This document shows, one piece after another, positions 18,410-25,903 of a DNA stretch of 46,382 bases. This DNA comes from Methanobacteriota archaeon. GTDB lineage: Archaea; Thermoplasmatota; Poseidoniia; Poseidoniales; Thalassarchaeaceae. The position numbers and the translations under genes are program-made. A model generated the notes under the pieces. The model was not told the origin of the DNA. It saw nothing but the letters and a program-made list of their open reading frames with translations, and did not search any database. Position 1 is the stretch's first letter; each line of letters begins with the position of its first letter. The stretch is taken from assembly GCA_002719615.1 (NCBI GenBank), contig PBHZ01000010.1, forward strand, positions 1 through 46,382, given 5' to 3'.

Positions 18410-18431
18410 ATATTATCTCGGCGGTATAATG
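18410..18431 (-). promoter_or_regulatory. Second copy of the promoter/operator motif (CATTATACCGCCGAGATAATAT on the minus strand) upstream of the RecA-fold gene
   Basis: It is the reverse complement of 15059-15080 with one mismatch. The TATA-like element lies about 27-31 nt upstream of ATG 18398. Confidence 0.6.
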
Positions 18432-18508
18432 TAGTTTTCTTTGTAGGCGATATTAAAGAATAACATCTGCTCGACTCAGATGTAGGAGTTGTAAACATAC
18501 CACGAGTA

Positions 18509-19147
18509 ATGATAATTGGTGCCAATAGAGGAATAGGTAGAGCTCTGTTAGATGGTTACTTAGAAAGAGGTTGGGAATGTATAGCAACATCTCGCAAAGA
18601 ACAAGTTGCAGAAGATAATGTTAGTTGGATCAAATTAGATGTACGTAATCCAAATAACCATGTCCCAATAACAGGAGAGTTAGACTTATTGATTTGTAAT
18701 GCTGGTGTTTTTTTGGATAGAGGAGATAAAATTGGATCTGGTTTTGAACCTGAATTGTGGGAAGATACATTTGCCACTAATGTAACTGGAACATACCTAG
18801 CAATAGAAACACAACTTGAGGCTTTAAGATCTGCTAATAATTCGAAAATCGCTATAATTTCTTCTCAGATGGCAAGTGATACCACAGCACCTGGAGGATC
18901 ATACATTTATCGATCTTCAAAAGCAGCCTCATTGAATCTTGGAAGAAACCTAGCAACAGATCTAAAGTCAGAAGGAATCTCAGTCGGAATATATCATCCG
19001 GGTTGGGTACAAACCGATATGACCAGTAACAAAGGCAAGCTTACTCCTACTGAGTCTGCCAATGGATTAATAGAACGATTTTCGGCTTTATCAATTGAGA
19101 CAACAGGTTGTTTTGAAACATGGGATGGTAGAATACACCCATATTAA
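18509..19147 (+). CDS. Short-chain dehydrogenase/reductase (SDR)
   Basis: IIGANRGIGRAL cofactor motif, NAG motif (ICNAGVF), and YRSSKAA catalytic YxxxK. Confidence 0.8.
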   Translation: MIIGANRGIGRALLDGYLERGWECIATSRKEQVAEDNVSWIKLDVRNPNNHVPITGELDLLICNAGVFLDRGDKIGSGFEPELWEDTFATNVTGTYLAIETQLEALRSANNSKIAIISSQMASDTTAPGGSYIYRSSKAASLNLGRNLATDLKSEGISVGIYHPGWVQTDMTSNKGKLTPTESANGLIERFSALSIETTGCFETWDGRIHPY

Positions 19148-19437
19148 TTTATTATTCTGGCAGATATATCAGAGAAATTAATCATTCCAAAATTATGACT
19201 ATCTTCACTTGCTGTAGGGTCTGGATTATCTCCAACCAAGAATACTCTATTATTTTCAATCAATTGAATTCGCTTAATTATTTTAGTATCCTTTCTAAAG
19301 GGATGTTTAGCTAGAACAATTTGTCCAACTTCGGGAAATCTATCTCCTAAAATCTCAAACTTTACAGTATCGCCATCAACTAATGTGGGCCACATTGAGT
19401 CGCCTTTGACGACTACGTTTAAGAAGCGCGAATCCAA
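19144..19437 (-). CDS. sodX: Ni-SOD maturation protease SodX (S26 signal-peptidase-like)
   Basis: VKGDSMWPTL (Ser nucleophile box) and IKRIQLIENNRVFLVGDN (Lys box / GDN). It lies immediately downstream of sodN and overlaps it. Confidence 0.8.
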   Translation of the reverse strand: MDSRFLNVVVKGDSMWPTLVDGDTVKFEILGDRFPEVGQIVLAKHPFRKDTKIIKRIQLIENNRVFLVGDNPDPTASEDSHNFGMINFSDISARIIN

Positions 19438-19886
19438 GGTACTTCACGGCCTTTTGCAGCCCAGAACATGTTATGAATTTCTTCTACTGCATCCATTAAT
19501 TCTTGTGCATGCTGTTCTGAAACTTCAACTTTACAAGCAGAACATAGTTTTGCAGCCTGCCAGAATGTATCATGAAGATTTGGGATTGATTCAAGATGTT
19601 GTGGTTTGAAGAAATCAGTCCATAGTACTAATAATTCATCTTTGCACTTTTGTGCTTCTTCTTCTTTAATTACTGCATATCTTGACATAGTATTGATGTA
19701 AGCTGCAGAATTACTTCCAGAGTCCCCATGGTTGGCTTCTAAAGTATTCATCTTCTTTGTCATTGATTGAACTGCTTCTGCTGCTACACGTGCGCTTGCA
19801 GGATCATAGACGCCACAAGGCCCATCACAATGTGCACTTGCTTCGATTGTTGGTATGCTATCGTTGGTTTGTTTTGTATCTGTCAT
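19419..19886 (-). CDS. sodN: Nickel superoxide dismutase precursor
   Basis: Pro-peptide followed by the nickel-hook HCDGPCGVYDP (canonical HCxxPCGxY). 155 aa. Confidence 0.92.
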   Translation of the reverse strand: MTDTKQTNDSIPTIEASAHCDGPCGVYDPASARVAAEAVQSMTKKMNTLEANHGDSGSNSAAYINTMSRYAVIKEEEAQKCKDELLVLWTDFFKPQHLESIPNLHDTFWQAAKLCSACKVEVSEQHAQELMDAVEEIHNMFWAAKGREVPWIRAS

Positions 19887-19956
19887 ACTATCTACCTCTG
19901 ACTCCTCGCATTGGGTGCTTGAATATCAATGCTAAGGTAAGTGATTCTAAACAATT

Positions 19957-21090
19957 TTATGGATGAAACCAGAATGCTAGTGCTAAAACTGCATAAGTTC
20001 CCAGTAACATTGCACCCTCTAGCCAATTAGATTTACCATCAGAGGCTATTGCATTTGCTATCAATACTGCAAGGAATGCTGCAACTGTTTCAAGTAAACC
20101 AAATTCGAAAGTTAATGGTAGACCTAATGCCCACGCAGTAATTACCATCAAAGGTGCGACAAATACTGCAATTTGTGTACTAGAACCTATTGCAATGGCA
20201 AATGAAAGATCCATTTTATTTTTTCCAGCTACAGAAACTGCAGTAAAATGTTCAGCAGCATTTCCAAACATTGGTAACAAGATTACTCCGATAAAGAGAT
20301 GAGACATTTTCACTTCTTCGGCCGCCTCCTCTAAAGAATGAACTAAAATTTCAGCCATCCATGACACAAGAATAGTAGAAATTACTAATAAAATAATTGC
20401 TTCTTTCATAGTCATTGAAGATTCTTCATGCTCATGTGTATCATCAGTTGCAAATAATTCTGAGTGTGTCTTTAATTGAAAGAATAAAAATAACATATAA
20501 ATTGCCAATAAAATAACAGCTGCAGCTCTCGAAAGATCTTCTAAACCAGTATCTCCTTGTTCTCCTGAAACTGTAAAATGATACACGGTTGGAACGACTA
20601 AAGCAATGACTGAAAGGAGCAATAGAGAGCTATTAGAGCCAAATTGGGTTTCATTAAATGATTGTTCTTTAAAGTGAATGCCGCCCCAAACGAATGCCAA
20701 CCCCATTACTAGTAATAAATTACCAAGAATACTGCCAATTAGACTTGCTTGAACTATATGAATCATAATCTCAGCAGTCTCTGAATTCACGCCTGCTTTG
20801 TATGCTGACCATAATGCTAAGAGACAAATAATAATCTCTGCAGCATTACCAAAGGTAGCATTGAGAAGTCCTCCAATAGATTCTGATGTTCTTAATGCAA
20901 TTTCCTCAGTAGCATGACCCATAAGGAATGCTAAGGGCATTATTGCTACCATTGAAGCAAAAAAGGCATTTGTTCCATCTTTTGATACGTAAGCAAAATA
21001 ACAACAAATAGGCATCGCTATTAGTAAAAAATTAAGTTTGGATTCTTTTGGATTTATCGCTTTAACTAATCCCTGATATGACTCGCTCAT
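19957..21090 (-). CDS. Ca2+/H+ (cation) antiporter, CaCA/CAX family
   Basis: Two alpha-repeat signatures GNAAEIIICL and GNAAEHFTAV separated by an acidic loop (DDTHEHEESS). About 11 TM. Confidence 0.85.
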   Translation of the reverse strand: MSESYQGLVKAINPKESKLNFLLIAMPICCYFAYVSKDGTNAFFASMVAIMPLAFLMGHATEEIALRTSESIGGLLNATFGNAAEIIICLLALWSAYKAGVNSETAEIMIHIVQASLIGSILGNLLLVMGLAFVWGGIHFKEQSFNETQFGSNSSLLLLSVIALVVPTVYHFTVSGEQGDTGLEDLSRAAAVILLAIYMLFLFFQLKTHSELFATDDTHEHEESSMTMKEAIILLVISTILVSWMAEILVHSLEEAAEEVKMSHLFIGVILLPMFGNAAEHFTAVSVAGKNKMDLSFAIAIGSSTQIAVFVAPLMVITAWALGLPLTFEFGLLETVAAFLAVLIANAIASDGKSNWLEGAMLLGTYAVLALAFWFHP

Positions 21091-21182
21091 GTTGTTCCTC
21101 AGTATCTTGGCATGTACGATAAGAAGTCAATGTTACGCCTGTAACACGTAGTATTCATCAGATATGGCATCTACGAAGAGTT

Positions 21183-21725
21183 GTGGCAGTACCTTATCGG
21201 CTTTCTTTGTCTGGCTCACCAGGTTCAGGAAAAAGTACCTTAGCAAAAGAATTTGAAAGATTAGGTTTTCATGTCATTTCTGTAAAAGAACTAGCAGAAG
21301 ATTATGATTGCATAGGAGAGATTGATAGTGATGATAATGCTCGTCCAATAGATTTAGACAAATTAGTAGATTCTATTGAAGAAGAATGGCAAAATAATCC
21401 TCCAGAGCCCCTAATTATTGATGGTCATCTTTCACATCATTTACCAAGCGATGCTGTAGTAGTTCTGAGATGTTCACCTGATATTCTAAAAAAAAGAATG
21501 TTAAAGAGAGGATATTCAGAATCAAAAATTAGATCTAATTGTGATTGGGAGATTTTAGGAAGTTCATGGAATGAAAGACAAGGAGACATTCCCTGGACTG
21601 AGTTCGATACTACGGAAAATGAGGTACACTCAATACTCATGTCCTTATCACTTTGGATATCAGATGGATTCAAGCCCGATACCCCTCCCTCGGTAATTGA
21701 CTGGGTATCCAAAATGGAGGATTAG
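21183..21725 (+). CDS. Adenylate kinase-like NTPase (archaeal Fap7/AK6 type)
   Basis: P-loop SGSPGSGKSTLAKEF, short 180-aa kinase fold with IIDGHLSHHLP and VVLRCSPDILKKRMLKRGY. GTG start. Confidence 0.7.
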   Translation: MAVPYRLSLSGSPGSGKSTLAKEFERLGFHVISVKELAEDYDCIGEIDSDDNARPIDLDKLVDSIEEEWQNNPPEPLIIDGHLSHHLPSDAVVVLRCSPDILKKRMLKRGYSESKIRSNCDWEILGSSWNERQGDIPWTEFDTTENEVHSILMSLSLWISDGFKPDTPPSVIDWVSKMED

Positions 21726-21727
21726 TA

Positions 21728-22405
21728 ATGTTCGAAAAGTTTAGAGAAACATGGACTAAAACAACTGAGCCGATAGTAGTGAAAATGGGTAATCTTGATC
21801 CTAGTATACTTACTTGGACAAGTCTTGTAATAGCAATTGTAGCATTTGTACTTCTTGCAGAGGCGCAATTTGATGAGACAGGAGGTTTGATGATAATTGG
21901 AGGAATTGTGCTAATTATTGTTGCAGGAATATTTGATGCATTAGATGGTGCTTTGGCTAGACATCAGGGAACTGATGGTCCATATGGAGATTTTTTGGAC
22001 CATACTATAGATCGTGTTGTAGATGTAGGATTACTAGTGGCTCTTGGAATGAATGCTGCATTTGTAGATGATATGAGTTCTGGATCAATGGCCGCACTAT
22101 TGACTTTGATGGGTTCTTACATGGGGACACAAGCACAATCTGTAGGGCTGGGGAGAATATACGGAGGTTTCTCTAGAGCAGATAGGTTAGTAATAACAAT
22201 GATTGGTCTATTAGCAGCAGCGATTCAAGCCATTACTGATACTGTCGGTATTTCTAGCGATTCAATTCATGAATATTTTGATTGGATTATTTTAGGAAAT
22301 TCTGAGCTTAATGGAATCACATTTGCAATAGCATTCTCTGCATGGGGAGGGGTGTATACTTTTATCATTAGATTCCTGAAAACTCGTAAAGGATTATTGG
22401 GCTAA
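21728..22405 (+). CDS. CDP-alcohol phosphatidyltransferase (archaeal lipid head-group synthase type)
   Basis: The signature D-x2-DG-x2-AR-x8-G-x3-D-x3-D appears as DALDGALARHQGTDGPYGDFLDHTIDRVVD. Confidence 0.85.
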   Translation: MFEKFRETWTKTTEPIVVKMGNLDPSILTWTSLVIAIVAFVLLAEAQFDETGGLMIIGGIVLIIVAGIFDALDGALARHQGTDGPYGDFLDHTIDRVVDVGLLVALGMNAAFVDDMSSGSMAALLTLMGSYMGTQAQSVGLGRIYGGFSRADRLVITMIGLLAAAIQAITDTVGISSDSIHEYFDWIILGNSELNGITFAIAFSAWGGVYTFIIRFLKTRKGLLG

Positions 22406-22494
22406 TTGGCGAATTCTGATATCTATGAAAAACCATATCTTACACCATGTTTGTAGGGCAATAGTTATCCTCTGCCTAATGTCCCTCTCACTCC

Positions 22495-23604
22495 GTGAAG
22501 CACATTATAGACAGAGTTCTCGAGCTTCAAGAGGACGAAATTGCTGCTCAAAATATTCCTGAGCCAGTTGAAGATTTGAATCTTCAAGATTTACTAAAAT
22601 CTTTACAACCAAAGATAAGGGTCTTTGGATGTGGGGGTGCTGGTAGTAATGCAGTAGCAAGACTCGAGGCAGAATCATTGTTTGATGATGAATATGTAAG
22701 AGGAATGGCAATTAATACAGATGCTCAGCATCTGTTGAAAGTTGCTGTTGAAAATAAAATTCTAATTGGTCGCACAGCCCGTGGCAGGGGGGCAGGTGGC
22801 GATCCAGAAAAGGGAGAACAAGCAGCATATGAGTCTGAAAGAATATTGAAGACTGAAGTTGAAGGTTGTGATCTTGCGTTTATTACCGCAGGATTAGGGG
22901 GTGGATCTGGTACAGGATCTGCCCCTGTAATATCCCGATTAGCTAAACAAGCTGGAGCATTAACAATTGCAGTGGTTAGCTATCCATTCTTATCAGAAGG
23001 ATCTCTAAGAAAGCAAAATGCAGATTGGGGATTAGAGAGACTTAAGGAAACTGCTGATACTGTTATTGTATTACCAAATGAAAGATTATTGGAAATTGAT
23101 ACTGTTAAGCAATTGCCGTTAGATGCTGCTTTTCGCGTAGCTGATGAATTATTAGTTCGTAGTATCTCAGGCGTTTCTGAGATGATATCTAGAGAAGGGA
23201 TAGTTAATCTTGACTTTCAAGATTTGAAATCGGTCCTCAGTAATGGAGGAGGAATTGGAGTAATTGGACTTGGAGAAGGCGAGACTGCAGAGATTGCTAC
23301 AAATGAAGCAATTGAAAATCCACTACTAGACATGGATATTTCAGATGCAAGGGGCGCTCTGATTAATGTTGTTGGAGGCCCAGGTTTAACTCTTGGAGAA
23401 GCAGAAAAATGTGCAGACATAATTCGAAAGAAAATTAATACATATGCAAAAATTATTTGGGGAGTTACAACTGATGAATCATTGGGTAATAATATCAGAG
23501 TGTTGTTGGTATTAACTGGGGTAAAAAGCGAACAAATACATGGTGCTTCGATGCATACTCAGATGAGAAATTTAAGAAGTAGAACTGTAGAATTTATCTC
23601 TTAA
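22495..23604 (+). CDS. ftsZ: Cell division protein FtsZ
   Basis: GCGGAGSNAV and the tubulin signature GLGGGSGTGSAPVI. GTG start. Confidence 0.95.
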   Translation: MKHIIDRVLELQEDEIAAQNIPEPVEDLNLQDLLKSLQPKIRVFGCGGAGSNAVARLEAESLFDDEYVRGMAINTDAQHLLKVAVENKILIGRTARGRGAGGDPEKGEQAAYESERILKTEVEGCDLAFITAGLGGGSGTGSAPVISRLAKQAGALTIAVVSYPFLSEGSLRKQNADWGLERLKETADTVIVLPNERLLEIDTVKQLPLDAAFRVADELLVRSISGVSEMISREGIVNLDFQDLKSVLSNGGGIGVIGLGEGETAEIATNEAIENPLLDMDISDARGALINVVGGPGLTLGEAEKCADIIRKKINTYAKIIWGVTTDESLGNNIRVLLVLTGVKSEQIHGASMHTQMRNLRSRTVEFIS

Positions 23605-23694
23605 TTTTAATAATTTTATATTTTCCAATGGACGTGCCTTCCCGTCGCCCTTAAATGGAATTGGTCGGACGCTTGGCCGATTTGAGGGAGAACG

Positions 23695-23961
23695 ATGAGT
23701 GTCGAAAATTCCAAAGTTAGTAAATTCGAAGAGAAAGTCCAAGACGTTCAAGACGATATTGAAAGCCGAGTTAGAAGTTTACAAACAGGGTCATATGCAA
23801 GAATTTTGAAGATGGCACGTAAACCAACAAAGGCTCAATTTAGACAAACTATGATAGTTTGTGGCATAGGTATGTTCATATTGGGATTATTTGGTTTCGT
23901 TGTACAAGCTATGATGAACAACGTTTTCCCAGCATTTTTTGATTGGTTAACAGGAGCATGA
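23695..23961 (+). CDS. secE: Preprotein translocase SecE / Sec61-gamma
   Basis: KPTKAQFRQTMIVCGIGMFILGLFGFVV is a single C-terminal TM after a basic amphipathic segment. It occupies the conserved position between ftsZ and spt5. Confidence 0.7.
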   Translation: MSVENSKVSKFEEKVQDVQDDIESRVRSLQTGSYARILKMARKPTKAQFRQTMIVCGIGMFILGLFGFVVQAMMNNVFPAFFDWLTGA

Positions 23962-23971
23962 GGTGTAAAAT

Positions 23972-24838
23972 ATGTCTGAGTCATTTACAGTTTATCTAAG
24001 AAATGAAGAAAAGGTACTCTTGATGCAAAGAGCCGATGGAATTTCTGATTTCCCTGGTGCATGGGATGGGATTTATGGACTAGGAAATCCCGACGATCTT
24101 GACGTTGTAGCAAAGAGAGTTGAGGAGTGTACTGGTATTTCACAAGAAAATTTTGAATTTGTACGTACTGGTGAAGCACGTGGATTAGAATATGGAAATA
24201 GACTAGTTGATGTTACCCCAATACTTTGTGTTTGTAAAATCAAAGATGTTGTGCCAAATACATTATACAAAAATAGTGAATGGGTAGATCCCGGAAGAAT
24301 TAAAGAAAAGGAATATTCAACTCCCAAATTAACTGAAATGTATGGAGATGTTGCATCATATCTTTACATCTTAAAAACTTCAATAGGTCAAGAACAAAAT
24401 GTTGCTAAAGAAATCAGAGCAAGACTTTCAGGAACTGGATCTCTGCAAGATATTCAAGATGAAATATTTGGTGTACTAAATCCACATTTCATGAGAGGTT
24501 ATATTTTCGTTGAAGCATCTGCTCTGCATCATGTTGAAAAATTAATTGGCAGAGTAGGGATAGGAGTTACACCTCTAAAGAACTGTAGAAAGGTTTTGCC
24601 AGGAGAATCGCCACTTGAAGATGTATTACCTTATTTAGAGCCTAAGGCTGCTACATCTGGAATAGAAGAAGGTAGTCTTTGTGAAATTGTTGGAGGGGCA
24701 TTTAGAGGCCAAAATGCACGTGTAATTCGTGTTACTGAATCAAAAGAAGAAGTTACAGTTGAGTTATTCGAAGCTGCTGTACCTGTTGCACTAACAGTAC
24801 GAGCAGATCAAGTTAGAGTAACACAAAGGGTTGAATAA
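23972..24838 (+). CDS. spt5: Transcription elongation factor Spt5 (NusG: NGN plus KOW) with an N-terminal roughly 120-aa Nudix-like extension
   Basis: NGN region YLYILKTSIGQEQNVAKEIRARL. KOW region GSLCEIVGGAFRGQNARVIRV. N-terminal VYLRNEEKVLLMQRADGISDFPGAWDGIYGLGNPDDLDVVAKRVEECTGI looks Nudix-like. GAGGTG RBS before ATG 23972. Confidence 0.85.
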   Translation: MSESFTVYLRNEEKVLLMQRADGISDFPGAWDGIYGLGNPDDLDVVAKRVEECTGISQENFEFVRTGEARGLEYGNRLVDVTPILCVCKIKDVVPNTLYKNSEWVDPGRIKEKEYSTPKLTEMYGDVASYLYILKTSIGQEQNVAKEIRARLSGTGSLQDIQDEIFGVLNPHFMRGYIFVEASALHHVEKLIGRVGIGVTPLKNCRKVLPGESPLEDVLPYLEPKAATSGIEEGSLCEIVGGAFRGQNARVIRVTESKEEVTVELFEAAVPVALTVRADQVRVTQRVE

Positions 24839-24923
24839 ACGAGGAATCGAATAAATTGGTCTTTACATCAATATCAAATAGGGTAAGTAGGTCGGCGAGA
24901 CACAAATACAGGAGGTTGCACAG

Positions 24924-25202
24924 ATGTCAGCAAGGAATGAAACACCACACATGGTGAGTCAAACACTTGGTGTGAAGAAGTGTAATGGATCCTGGGATGA
25001 TGCTACCGAGAACTTGACAATGGATCAAGTTAAACAGATAGCAGAGAAACAAAAAGATCGTTTAACTGGTTCTACTCTTTACGCAAGATGCCGTGAAGTA
25101 ATGGGAACATGTGTATCTATGAGAGTTAGTGTAGAAGGAATGCGACCAAAAGAAGCATTAAATGCAATGAGTGAGGGGAGATTTAGCGAGCATTTTAGTT
25201 GA
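24924..25202 (+). CDS. rpl11: Ribosomal protein uL11, C-terminal (rRNA-binding) domain only (92 aa)
   Basis: NLTMDQVKQIAEKQKDRLTGSTLYARCREVMGTCVSMRVSVEGMRPKEALNAMSEGRF aligns with the L11 CTD (..LTxEQVxxIAxxK...AVKEVLGTCxSMGVTVEGKxPKE..). GGAGGT RBS at 24911-24916. In-frame stops at 24888-24890 and 24879-24881. Confidence 0.8.
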   Translation: MSARNETPHMVSQTLGVKKCNGSWDDATENLTMDQVKQIAEKQKDRLTGSTLYARCREVMGTCVSMRVSVEGMRPKEALNAMSEGRFSEHFS

Positions 25203-25216
25203 AAAGAACACGAATT

Positions 25217-25243
25217 GCGGTAGAGGGAAACCTCGTTGACCGC
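25217..25243 (+). promoter_or_regulatory. Candidate L1-binding autoregulatory hairpin in the L11-L1 spacer
   Basis: GCGG-UA-GAGG-GAAA-CCUC-GUUGA-CCGC has two helices, an asymmetric internal loop and a GAAA tetraloop. It abuts the L1 Shine-Dalgarno GGAGGTG (25244-25250). Confidence 0.35.
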
Positions 25244-25255
25244 GGAGGTGAGATA

Positions 25256-25903
25256 ATGGAAAATAATTTACAAACAGCAATTCAAAAAGCACTTGAAGGT
25301 GCTCCAGAAAGAAATTTCGTAGAATCATTGGAAATGTCATTTACTTTGAAGGACATTGATCTGAAGAATCCCTCAAACAGAATACAAGAAGAAGTCAGAC
25401 TTCCTTCAGGAAGAGGTAAGGAACCAAAGATTGCAATGTTTGCTGGTGGAGAAATGGCAGCTAAAGCTAGAGCTGCCGGATTGGAAATTATTGATCCATC
25501 AACAATAGAAGATTTAGGTGGAAAACGTCAAGCAGCCAGAAAAATGGCTAATAGATATGATTTCTTCCTATCAGAAATACCACATATGGGTTCTGTGGGT
25601 AGATTCTTGGGTGTAGTCCTAGGTCCTCGTGGAAAGATGCCTCGACCTGTGCCTCCTCCAGTAGATCCTGCTATGATAGCAGGAGGTTTGAAAGATACTG
25701 CAATAGTTCGTTCTAGAGATAAAATAACATTTCACACTGCCATAGGTACTCGAACTCAATCAAATGAGGAGTTGACGGCCAATGCTCTAGCAATATGGAA
25801 GAGAGTGATTGGAAGATTAGATCGTGGAGACAAAAATATCAGATCTTGTTACATTAAAACTTCTATGGGTCCTGCAATAAAAGTGGAGGTTGCTAATTCA
25901 TGA
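25256..25903 (+). CDS. rpl1: Ribosomal protein uL1
   Basis: NFVESLEMSFTLKDIDLKNPSNR...RLPSGRGKE...LGPRGKMP are typical L1 motifs. ATG 25256 with a GGAGGTG RBS is preferred over the track's TTG at 25199. Confidence 0.92.
   Translation: MENNLQTAIQKALEGAPERNFVESLEMSFTLKDIDLKNPSNRIQEEVRLPSGRGKEPKIAMFAGGEMAAKARAAGLEIIDPSTIEDLGGKRQAARKMANRYDFFLSEIPHMGSVGRFLGVVLGPRGKMPRPVPPPVDPAMIAGGLKDTAIVRSRDKITFHTAIGTRTQSNEELTANALAIWKRVIGRLDRGDKNIRSCYIKTSMGPAIKVEVANS

Noticed and set aside
15059-18431. Casposon/pipolin-like self-synthesising mobile element: a PolB flanked by inverted repeats
   Set aside because: There is no Cas1, integrase, transposase or terminal-protein gene, and I could see no flanking direct (target-site) duplication. 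Both repeat copies sit at TATA-to-start distance in the same orientation relative to the gene they precede. The PolB tail resembles chromosomal archaeal PolB. A shared promoter/operator is more parsimonious. Mobility is kept only as an alternative under the finding.
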